Source: Lysobacteraceae bacterium
GTDB taxonomy: Bacteria; Pseudomonadota; Gammaproteobacteria; Xanthomonadales; BQJN01
Reading direction: 5' to 3'
DNA: 64,000 nucleotides
Assembly: GCA_021604725.1 (NCBI GenBank)
Contig: BQJN01000003.1
Span: 2,416-66,415 of the forward strand
This document shows, in pieces, positions 31,228 to 39,636 of the stretch (its first letter is position 1; every line of letters begins with the position of its first letter). Both the position numbers and the translations under genes were made by a program. The notes under the pieces are model-generated. The model made no database searches. It worked only from the letters and a program-made list of their open reading frames with translations, and was not told the DNA's origin.

Positions 31228-33183
31228 ACCAATCAGGTGCTTCTGGAAAAACATCATGACGATCTGCGTGTAAAGGTCGCGGTTTTCCTTCTTGCGAAAG
31301 CCGTGACCCTCATTCAACGCATTCATGTACCAGACCGACTGGCCGTTGTCGCGCAATGCAGCAACGATCTGCTCCGACTCGGTGACTGGAACACGGGGGT
31401 CGTTTTGCCCCTGCGCTACGAACATCGGCACGTTCATTTTGTCGACATGGTTGTTGGGGCTAATTGCCTCAAGGTGCTTGCGCATGGCCGGATCGCGCTC
31501 ATCGCCGTATTCGACCCGTCGCAAATCCTGTCGATAACTCTGGGTGTTTTCCAGGAAAGTGACGAAATTGGAAATGCCTACGATGTCGACCACCGCATTG
31601 ATGCGATCGGAATAGTGCACCGCGCAGGCCAGCACCATGTAGCCACCGTAACTGCCGCCGTAAACAGCGACGCGGTTGGCGTCCAGATTAGGTTGCGTCG
31701 CGATCCAGTCCAGCAAGGCGCCGATATCCTTGACCGAATCCTCGCGTTGATACCCGTTGTCCAGCGCGACATAGGTCTTGCCATAGCCGGCAGAGCCACG
31801 GACGTTGGGCACGACAACGGCGGCACCGAGCTCATCGATCCACATTTGATAGGTGGAGGAAAAACTCGGCCGCGCCTGGCCTTCGGGTCCGCCATGAATG
31901 CGGATGATCACCGGATGTGGTCCGTCGCCTTGCGGCCGGTAAACAAAAGCAGGAATCTTGCGGGCTGCGCCGTCGACCTGATCGAAGGTGGGGTAGTGCA
32001 CCAGGTCGGGAACAGCAAATTTGGACGAGTCCAGACCACCCGTTTCGCTAAACGTCCAACGCGTCAGCTCACCGCTGTCCAGTGGCGCATCACCCAGCGC
32101 CAGAACAAAGGTGTCGGACGGTGTTTGCGGCGTGTTCAAGCTCATCGCCAAACGGTCGGCATCGGGTGAGAAAGCGAACTCGCCGATGATGCCAACGGGG
32201 ATGGAGCTCACTTTCTGATAGTCGCGATTGGCCGGGTCAAATAGATAGAGCTGGCTCATGCCGTCTTCATTGGTGGTAAACGCACCTCGCTGGCCGTCTT
32301 CAGACAGCGCGAACCCGCTCACATCCCAATTCAGATCAGAGGTGATTTCAATGGTCACCGCATCGGCGTCCAAACCACGATAGGACAAGGTGGTGAACTC
32401 GCCACCTGCGTCGGTAAGAAAGTAAAAGCCACGACCATTGGGAGCAAACGCCAGCGGGAAGTTGCGGCTTTGCGTTTTGTCGTCGCCAACCAGAAGCTGG
32501 CTTTCCGTTGACTCCAGGTCGACCAGATAAATGGACGACTGGGTGGAGCTGACATACTTGATCACCAGCAGTGACTTGCCGTCTGGTGAAAAATCGGTAG
32601 GTCCCCACCAGGCCCCGCCCGGTGCGGGAAGTACCAGTCTGGCCGCTTCTGGGGAGTCTGGGTCCATCACCCAGATATCATTTGCCGCGCCGTTTCGGCG
32701 CGTACTTTGATAGGCGATGTGTTTCCCGGACTGATCAAAGATAACCGCACCATTGCGTGATTCGCCATCGGTCAACATGCGGTAGCTACCGTCGGCAGGA
32801 TCGAGCGCAAATAACTGACTGAACTCACTGCCACCGGCATCCATGGCGAAGATCAGCTCTTCGGACTTCGGATGCGAGGTGACCTCGCCAATGGGTTCAT
32901 CAAAAAATGTCAACTGATGGCGTGCACCGCCCGGCATATCTACTCGATGAATTTGCGCCACCTCGCCAAATCGGGTTCTGACAAACACCGATTCACCGTT
33001 GGCGGCAAAATCAAGAAAACTGGCATCTCGAACGTTGGAATAACGATTGAGAAGGTCGACCAGTGATTGCGGGACTTCGGGGACATCTTCGAGCAGCACA
33101 TTGCCGTCATTGGCGGTCCGCGATTCGAAGGCTAAAGCCTGATGGACCAGGCTCAGCAGGGCAATGGCGACAATGACTCTCAT
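31219..33183 (-). CDS. secreted S9 family serine peptidase (beta-propeller + prolyl oligopeptidase catalytic domain)
   Basis: Signal peptide MRVIVAIALLSLVHQALA. Catalytic Ser motif GGSYGGYM. QGQNDPRV and NEGHGF supply the Asp/His region. Confidence 0.85.
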   Translation of the reverse strand: MRVIVAIALLSLVHQALAFESRTANDGNVLLEDVPEVPQSLVDLLNRYSNVRDASFLDFAANGESVFVRTRFGEVAQIHRVDMPGGARHQLTFFDEPIGEVTSHPKSEELIFAMDAGGSEFSQLFALDPADGSYRMLTDGESRNGAVIFDQSGKHIAYQSTRRNGAANDIWVMDPDSPEAARLVLPAPGGAWWGPTDFSPDGKSLLVIKYVSSTQSSIYLVDLESTESQLLVGDDKTQSRNFPLAFAPNGRGFYFLTDAGGEFTTLSYRGLDADAVTIEITSDLNWDVSGFALSEDGQRGAFTTNEDGMSQLYLFDPANRDYQKVSSIPVGIIGEFAFSPDADRLAMSLNTPQTPSDTFVLALGDAPLDSGELTRWTFSETGGLDSSKFAVPDLVHYPTFDQVDGAARKIPAFVYRPQGDGPHPVIIRIHGGPEGQARPSFSSTYQMWIDELGAAVVVPNVRGSAGYGKTYVALDNGYQREDSVKDIGALLDWIATQPNLDANRVAVYGGSYGGYMVLACAVHYSDRINAVVDIVGISNFVTFLENTQSYRQDLRRVEYGDERDPAMRKHLEAISPNNHVDKMNVPMFVAQGQNDPRVPVTESEQIVAALRDNGQSVWYMNALNEGHGFRKKENRDLYTQIVMMFFQKHLIGSN

Positions 33184-35228
33184 GATGCAACTCCAATAAC
33201 AGATAGCACGAACGCATACTCGCGGGCGGTGTCTTCAAGACGCTGATAGCGCCCTGAACCGCCGCCATGGCCCGCGCTCATATCGGTGAATAATAACAAC
33301 TGATGGTTGCCCGTTTTCTGATCACGAAGACGGGCCACCCATTTTGCCGGCTCCCAATACTGTACCTGCGAATCCCACAGGCCGGTAGCCACATACATAT
33401 GCGGATAGCGCTGGGGCTTCACCTGGTCGTAAGGCGAATATGCCAGCATGTAGTCGTAGAACGAAGGATCGTTTGGATTGCCCCATTCATCGTACTCGAA
33501 GGTGGTCAGGGGAATGGTCTCGTCGAGCATGGTGGTGACCACATCGACAAAGGGCACCCCGGTCGTTAATGCTGCAAAGGTGTCCGCAGCCATGTTGGCG
33601 ACCGCGCCAATCAGCAACCCGCCCGCACTGCGGCCACTGCCGACTACTTTGCTGGCATCGCCCCAACCTATCTCCACCAGCCCTTTCGCCACATCGATGA
33701 AGTCGTGAAAGGTGTTGAGCTTGTTCAGCAAACGTCCTTGTTCGTACCAGTGCCGCCCCATCTCCTCACCACCACGGATATGGGCAATGGCAAATACAAA
33801 GCCGCGATCGACCAGGCTGAACACGTCGCGTCGAAACTCGGGTTCATACCACAGGCCATAGGCACCGTAGCCGAGGATAAAAATCGGGTGGCACCCATCG
33901 GGCCTGGCATCAGCCTGGCAAAGCAGCGTGGCCAACACCTCGGTGCCATCGCGGGCGCTGACGCTGACGCGATGTGTGCGGTAGCCACTCGACTGAAAAT
34001 CATCACCGGCAAAGGCCCGTTTGCGCTGGGTTTTTTCGCCGCTTGCCAGTTCCAGATCGAACACCGTGTGTGGCGTGGTGAGCGACGCGTAGCTGTAGCG
34101 CAGCGTCTCGATGCGGCTGTCCGGCGTGTACTGCATCGCCATGGCGTAGGCCGGTTCATCTGAGTCAATCAGCGCTTGCTGACCGCTCGGCTGTAGCACC
34201 CGCAAGTTCAGGTTGCCACGCTCGACCTCTGCGGTGACGATGAAGCGGCCGTATACGCCGACGTCGTGCAGCAAGACTTCGTCGCGATGAGGCAGTACTT
34301 CCTGCCAGCTTGAGCGATCCGTCGCCTTGTTCAGCGGTGCTCGCCACAAGGCAAAGTTCACCGCATCTTGATTGGAACGAATCAACACATCGTCACCTTG
34401 AATCTCGATATCGTATTCATGGCCAGATTGGCGAGGAATGAGCGGCTCAAACTCGCCTTCGATGTTGTGTTTGTCGAGGATGCGAATCTCGCTGGTCAGT
34501 GTGCTGGACAGGGTGATCAACAGATGCTTTCGATCGCGCGCCGGGTGCAGGCTCAAGTAGTAACTCGGGTCCGCCTCTTCGTAGACCAGGACGTCGTCGT
34601 CGACGCAGGTGCCGATTCGATGGCGCCAGACCTGATGCGGAATCAGCGTCTCCTGTTGCAGGCGAACATAGAACAGGGTGAGGTGGTCGCCCCCCCAGGC
34701 CAGATTTGGCGACACGCGTTCGATCACGGTCTGTGTTTTCCCGCTGCCATCCAGCGCGCGCAATTTCAGCGTGTATTCATGGCGACTGACGGTATCCTCG
34801 GTCCAGGCCAACCATTGATCATCCCCGCTGATGGCATAATCGCCGACCTTGTAATAGTCGTGGTCGGCACCCAGCACATTCTCGTCGAGCAATACTTGCT
34901 CGGCTTCGCTGCCAACCTTGCGTCGCGCATAGATCGCCTGCTCTTTATCCTTCTCCAGTCGACGGTAATACTCGTAGCCATCGAGCTCGACCGGCACCGA
35001 TACGTCATCGCCCGGCATCCGCGCCTTCAGTTCTTCGAACAGGGTTTGCTGCAGCTCGGCGGTCGGTGCCAAAACATGTTCGGTCCAGGCGTTTTCTGCC
35101 TCAAGGTAGGCGAGCACGTCCGGGTCCTTGCGTTGGTCATCCCGCAGCCAGTAATAGTTGTCGATGCGCGTATGGCCGTGGGTGGTTATTGGGTGCGGTC
35201 GCTTGCTGGCGACAGGGGGCTTGGTCAT
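33180..35228 (-). CDS. ptrB: oligopeptidase B (S9A)
   Basis: 682 aa. N-terminal HGHTRIDNYYWLRD, Ser motif GRSAGGLLIG, and C-terminal SAGHGG. ATGA overlap with the downstream S9 peptidase gene. Confidence 0.85.
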   Translation of the reverse strand: MTKPPVASKRPHPITTHGHTRIDNYYWLRDDQRKDPDVLAYLEAENAWTEHVLAPTAELQQTLFEELKARMPGDDVSVPVELDGYEYYRRLEKDKEQAIYARRKVGSEAEQVLLDENVLGADHDYYKVGDYAISGDDQWLAWTEDTVSRHEYTLKLRALDGSGKTQTVIERVSPNLAWGGDHLTLFYVRLQQETLIPHQVWRHRIGTCVDDDVLVYEEADPSYYLSLHPARDRKHLLITLSSTLTSEIRILDKHNIEGEFEPLIPRQSGHEYDIEIQGDDVLIRSNQDAVNFALWRAPLNKATDRSSWQEVLPHRDEVLLHDVGVYGRFIVTAEVERGNLNLRVLQPSGQQALIDSDEPAYAMAMQYTPDSRIETLRYSYASLTTPHTVFDLELASGEKTQRKRAFAGDDFQSSGYRTHRVSVSARDGTEVLATLLCQADARPDGCHPIFILGYGAYGLWYEPEFRRDVFSLVDRGFVFAIAHIRGGEEMGRHWYEQGRLLNKLNTFHDFIDVAKGLVEIGWGDASKVVGSGRSAGGLLIGAVANMAADTFAALTTGVPFVDVVTTMLDETIPLTTFEYDEWGNPNDPSFYDYMLAYSPYDQVKPQRYPHMYVATGLWDSQVQYWEPAKWVARLRDQKTGNHQLLLFTDMSAGHGGGSGRYQRLEDTAREYAFVLSVIGVAS

Positions 35229-35276
35229 CGCTAATTTGGACTCGGCGCGAACTGGGCCGCCGACTATAACAAGGAT

Positions 35277-36395
35277 TTAAGGCAGCGCGCTGACCTTAGG
35301 CGTCATCCGGCCAGCCAGCTTTCTGGCCAACTCCAATCTGGGCTCAGTCCAACGATCAACATTGGTGGCGATGGCGACCACCGTTTGGCTGGGCAGGTGC
35401 AGGTACAGATACGCCGAGCCACCGACGGCGGTGCCGCCATGCACACGTTCATCGGGGTTGTCCGTGAGTTGCCAACCCAAGGCGGATTCGATCGTCGTCC
35501 CGTCAGCTAAAGTCTGCTGCCGAAGCATTTGCTGCCAGGAATTGTCGTCAAGCAAGCGCCCCTCAAACAACGCGGCACCAAAACGCACCAGATCGGTGGG
35601 CGTCGCCACAAAGCCACCGGCTGGAAAACGGTCGCTGAGATTCACCGCAGGCGAATTGGTCAACTCGCCGTCCCGGTTTCTTGAGTAAGGTCGCGCCCGA
35701 AACGAGATCAATGGCGGTGCTCGGTCCAGCTGAAATTGCAACATGCCCGCCGGCTCGGCGATGGTTTGGTCAACGTAGTCACCAAATGATTGACCACTGG
35801 CCGCTTCAACTGCGCAGCCGACCAAAACGTAGCCGAAGCTGCTGTAGTGAAACTCGCTGCCGGGTTCGTTGACCAGCGGGTCAGCAGCGAACACGGCCAA
35901 CGCATCGTTGACAGACGCATAGTCAACGTTGCTCAAAAACTCTTCCGTGAAACGCCGGTAGTTGTAATGGCGTATACCACCGAGATGAGCCAGTAACTGC
36001 CGGGTCGTTGGCGCGCTTGAGTGTTCGGGGAAGGCGACACAATAGTGCTGGACTGGCCGGTCGAGATCCAGTTGCGCAGCTGCAGCCAGTTGCATCGCAG
36101 CGGTTGCCGTGATCGGCTTGGCTACAGACCCAACACGGTAAACCGTCTGCGCGCTCGCAGCAACCTTGTTCTCAAGATCAGACCAGCCGACCGCATCGGC
36201 ATAAACTAGTGCATCTTCAGTCCACACCGCCGCACTCAGGGAAGGCAGTTGGTCAGCGCTTCGGTAGGAGTCGATCACCTTGATTCTGTCTGCGGCAACC
36301 GTCGGTTGCCACCAAAGCGCGACTAGAACATACACACTCAAAGCAACTACAGACCTGGCCATCGTCATCGCGAACCTCCGTTTTTCCATCGGCAA
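35277..36395 (-). CDS. serine hydrolase, beta-lactamase/esterase (class C-like) family
   Basis: S-x-x-K motif in RVGSVAKPITATAAM, plus FHYSSFGY (Tyr motif region). Signal-like N-terminus; the start may be an internal Met (MTMARSVV...). Confidence 0.8.
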   Translation of the reverse strand: MPMEKRRFAMTMARSVVALSVYVLVALWWQPTVAADRIKVIDSYRSADQLPSLSAAVWTEDALVYADAVGWSDLENKVAASAQTVYRVGSVAKPITATAAMQLAAAAQLDLDRPVQHYCVAFPEHSSAPTTRQLLAHLGGIRHYNYRRFTEEFLSNVDYASVNDALAVFAADPLVNEPGSEFHYSSFGYVLVGCAVEAASGQSFGDYVDQTIAEPAGMLQFQLDRAPPLISFRARPYSRNRDGELTNSPAVNLSDRFPAGGFVATPTDLVRFGAALFEGRLLDDNSWQQMLRQQTLADGTTIESALGWQLTDNPDERVHGGTAVGGSAYLYLHLPSQTVVAIATNVDRWTEPRLELARKLAGRMTPKVSALP

Positions 36396-36497
36396 CAGTG
36401 TAACGGCATTTTCCAGGAGCTTTGTTGGTTCGGATCGGCCGATTGGGGCGATTGGGTCGACTCAAGATGCCACATTGACCCCTCGCTTTAATACGAG

Positions 36498-37145
36498 ATG
36501 ACGAGAATGTTGCGATTTTTTCGATGGTCCCTGTTCTTTTTCCTGGTGGCTTTGTGCATTGGCGTGGCGGGTTATTCGATGAGCTATCTGCTGGCTGACC
36601 CCAACATCCACAACCCCTTCGTGGTCCGGTTCGCCGAGGCTGGATTTGCTGTTTCGTTCCACTTTTTCTTTGGTGCTGCCGCCTTGCTGTTGGTGCCATT
36701 TCAAGCTAGCGCACGCTTTAGAAATCGTTGGACCCACGCTCATCGCGCGCTGGGCGGCGCCTACATAGGCTGCGTCTTACTCAGTGGAGTCAGTGGCTTG
36801 ATCATTGCGCAGGGCACGCATACCGGGTTCGGGCCACGATTGGGGTTTTCTATCCTCAGTCTGCTTTGGTTGGGCTTCACTGCCCGAGCAGTGTGGGCGT
36901 TGATCGCAAAAGACATCGCCAACCATCGACGCTGGATGATTCGCAGCATGGCCTTGACTACTTCAGCTATCACGCTGCGTGTGATCCTGGGATTGGGGTT
37001 CGGGGTGTTCGGATTTGACTTCCCAGCGGTATATGCGTTCGCCTCGTGGGCAAGCTGGTTGATCAATCTGGTGCTGATTGAGCTGTATTTGCGCTGGCCT
37101 CCTCGGTCGGGATTTGCGGCCAAGACTCGGTCGGTGACAACATGA
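36498..37145 (+). CDS. polytopic membrane protein (DUF2306-like), function unknown
   Basis: 215 aa with 5-6 predicted TM helices. The family name is a tentative recollection only. Confidence 0.55.
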   Translation: MTRMLRFFRWSLFFFLVALCIGVAGYSMSYLLADPNIHNPFVVRFAEAGFAVSFHFFFGAAALLLVPFQASARFRNRWTHAHRALGGAYIGCVLLSGVSGLIIAQGTHTGFGPRLGFSILSLLWLGFTARAVWALIAKDIANHRRWMIRSMALTTSAITLRVILGLGFGVFGFDFPAVYAFASWASWLINLVLIELYLRWPPRSGFAAKTRSVTT

Positions 37146-37166
37146 TTGATTGTCAGTTGGAGGTGG

Positions 37167-38243
37167 CTAAGCAACCTCGGCGAGGGCTTGTCGACGCCAG
37201 GCGCTGGGCGTCATGCTGGTTTGTCGTTTGAATACGGTATTGAACGTGGTCTTGGAAGCAAACCCGCAGTCCAATGCAATATCGAGAATATTGGTTTGCG
37301 GCTCTTCAACCAGTCGCTGGCAGGCAGCCTGCACACGATGGCCGTTGATAAAGTCGTAGAAGGTCTGTCCGAAGCGCTGGTTGATGACTGCCGATACCAG
37401 GTATTCCGGCGCTCCGACACGCTCTGCCAACTGGGCGATGGTCAGCTCGGCCTGCGTATAAATGGCCTGTTCATTGATCAGTTGCAACAGGCGCTGTTCG
37501 ACCCTGTCCCAGCGCGGAGAGGGTGGCAGTGACTTTTCAGTGGAGGGTTTGGCCACCGCCGGCACGGCACCTTCTCGAACGCTGAAGCTACCGAACAACA
37601 GCAACCAAATGGTCACGGTGGCATAAATGGCATGGACGCTGACCCAGGAAACCAGGTTCTGCAGCACCGCCATGCCCCAAATGGACAATTGCCAAAAAGC
37701 CAGCATTCGCACCCAGGCCAGCTGATCGACGACGGCGTCGGATCGTTGTGCCAATAGCGCTTGGTGATGCCTGGTCAGTACGACCAGTGCGGCGGCGACA
37801 TAACTCAAACTGTAAGTGAACAGCGTGTGGTCGAAATAGCGAAACCAGAAGGTGCCACCTCCGGTTCCGTTCAATAGTTGGCGAGTCTGCTCGGCGCTAT
37901 GGAAAAACACCGGAAAGTTCAGTGCCACCACGACGATAAAACCGAGCAGAACGTGCAAGTCGGTCCAGCGCAGCGGACGGTCTCGGGTCAGCAGGCTGAC
38001 ATACAAAAATAACGCGCTGCCGTGGATGAACGGGAAAAACTGCACAATGCCGTAAGCCTTGACACTCAGATCGCTGCCGCTTCCCAGGTACCACGCTCTG
38101 GCAGCTAGATCCAGGAACAATACGATCAGCCAGGCCGCCAACAATCGATTGGCGCGGCGGTTGACCTGGCGTTGCCACAACCCAATTGCCAGCACGGCGG
38201 CAACAACCGCGCCTGTTGTGAAAAGATAAGACCAAAATTGCAT
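37167..38243 (-). CDS. membrane-anchored AraC family transcriptional regulator
   Basis: N-terminal ~220 aa contain about 6-7 TM helices. C-terminal AraC HTH: TIAQLAERVGAPEYLVSAVINQRFG...ILDIALDCGFASKTTFNTVFKRQTSMTPSAWRR. Confidence 0.8.
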   Translation of the reverse strand: MQFWSYLFTTGAVVAAVLAIGLWQRQVNRRANRLLAAWLIVLFLDLAARAWYLGSGSDLSVKAYGIVQFFPFIHGSALFLYVSLLTRDRPLRWTDLHVLLGFIVVVALNFPVFFHSAEQTRQLLNGTGGGTFWFRYFDHTLFTYSLSYVAAALVVLTRHHQALLAQRSDAVVDQLAWVRMLAFWQLSIWGMAVLQNLVSWVSVHAIYATVTIWLLLFGSFSVREGAVPAVAKPSTEKSLPPSPRWDRVEQRLLQLINEQAIYTQAELTIAQLAERVGAPEYLVSAVINQRFGQTFYDFINGHRVQAACQRLVEEPQTNILDIALDCGFASKTTFNTVFKRQTSMTPSAWRRQALAEVA

Positions 38244-38369
38244 GTGGGCGTGACTATTTGGTGTGGCTGCAGTCAGTCACGGTGTGTCATCGGTGGCCTG
38301 GGTAAATGGCGAGATTGTCAACTCGCTAGAGCGCGTCCACTGAAAGGTGGTTTGGACAACAGCCCCACT

Positions 38370-38570
38370 CTACGGATCGGTTAATTTGTGATCCATCGCA
38401 TCCTTGATCCACTGTTTGATGATGACAAAGTGGTCGCCATCGTACTTGAACGGTACCGAACCTGCCGTGCGCAGCGCGAAGCGGACAATGTTGGCTTCTG
38501 TTTGTTTTTCCTTGGGCTGATCTAGCCACATTCTTACGATGGCTACGTGGGCCTCTTGTTGACTCATCAT
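38370..38570 (-). CDS. small hypothetical protein
   Basis: 66-aa ORF with a protein-like composition. The overlapping 100-aa frame (38326-38628) is Arg/Cys-rich and less plausible. Confidence 0.35.
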   Translation of the reverse strand: MMSQQEAHVAIVRMWLDQPKEKQTEANIVRFALRTAGSVPFKYDGDHFVIIKQWIKDAMDHKLTDP

Positions 38571-38732
38571 GGTCAGTACTACCTGCGAAATCGAAGCAAT
38601 TTACACTACCCCCAATATTAACAGACAATGCAATGAGGCTTTTGGTTTCCCGGTTGCCTTTTTCGCCAAATATCGAGATGCATGCGGGTCGAAGCTATCC
38701 ATTGAAAACGTCTGAGGCAAGTTGAGAGAAGT

Positions 38733-39611
38733 ATGAGAATAGGATTCGCTGGACTGGGCGTCATGGGCTACCCCATGGCCGGGCACCTGGCCGCCGCCGG
38801 CCACCACGTTGTTGTTTACAACCGTACGACCGCAGTGGCAAAACGTTGGATCGAGGACCACAAAGGTTCACTCGCAGCCACGCCGATGGCGTTGGGCAAT
38901 GCGGCCGAATGTGTGCTGCTTTGCGTAGGCGACGATGATGACGTGCGACAGGTGGTGACCGGCGAACATGGCTTGCTCAAATCCATGGCGCGCGGCTCGG
39001 TAATTGTTGACCACACCACCACCTCGGCTGTTGTTGCCCGCGAATTGTCTGCGGCCTGTCAGGCTAGCGGGGTTGGTTTTGTTGATGCGCCAGTATCGGG
39101 TGGCCAGGCCGGCGCGGAGAATGGTCAGCTTACGGTGATGTGTGGTGGCGCAGTGGCTGACTATCAACAGGCCCTTCCCGCCATCGAGTGCTACGCAAAG
39201 ATGGTCAGGCGCCTGGGCGATGTCGGTTGTGGACAACTGACCAAGATGGTCAATCAGATCTGTCTGGCTGGGATGATCCAGGGCCTGGCTGAGGGCTTGC
39301 ATTTTGCTGAGCAGAACGGACTGGATGCCTCGGCGGTGATTGATGTGATTGGCAAGGGTGCTGCGCAATCGTGGCAAATGGACAACCGAGCCAGCACCAT
39401 GATCGCGGGTGATTACGATTTTGGCTTTGCCGTGGACTGGATGCGCAAAGATTTGAAGCATGCCTTGAACCAGGCGCGCGAATCAGGAGCTTCGGTTCCG
39501 GTGGCGGCGCTGGTTGATCAGTTCTACGCGGATGTTCAAGCCATGGGTGGAAATCGCTGGGATACTTCGTCCTTGTTGCAGCGGTTGCGAGGGTCCAGGG
39601 GCAGGTCTTGA
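38733..39611 (+). CDS. NAD(P)-dependent 3-hydroxyisobutyrate dehydrogenase family oxidoreductase
   Basis: 292 aa. Rossmann motif IGFAGLGVMGYPMAGHL, plus DAPVSGG and a GQLTKMVNQ block. Confidence 0.85.
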   Translation: MRIGFAGLGVMGYPMAGHLAAAGHHVVVYNRTTAVAKRWIEDHKGSLAATPMALGNAAECVLLCVGDDDDVRQVVTGEHGLLKSMARGSVIVDHTTTSAVVARELSAACQASGVGFVDAPVSGGQAGAENGQLTVMCGGAVADYQQALPAIECYAKMVRRLGDVGCGQLTKMVNQICLAGMIQGLAEGLHFAEQNGLDASAVIDVIGKGAAQSWQMDNRASTMIAGDYDFGFAVDWMRKDLKHALNQARESGASVPVAALVDQFYADVQAMGGNRWDTSSLLQRLRGSRGRS

Positions 39612-39636
39612 ACCAGGCATTGGTCGCTGAAACCGG

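Noticed and set aside
31237-35234. Plus-strand ORFs 31237-32169 (310 aa) and 34368-35234 (288 aa)
   Set aside because: They lie antisense to the S9 peptidase and oligopeptidase B genes, which carry catalytic-triad motifs.
36253-36699. 148-aa minus-strand ORF spanning the 36396-36497 divergent intergenic region
   Set aside because: It overlaps the 5' ends of two better-supported divergent genes, and its translation is Arg/Pro/Gly-rich.
38326-38628. 100-aa minus-strand ORF
   Set aside because: Its translation is Arg/Cys/His-rich. The overlapping 66-aa frame (38370-38570) looks more like a real protein, though it is itself low confidence.
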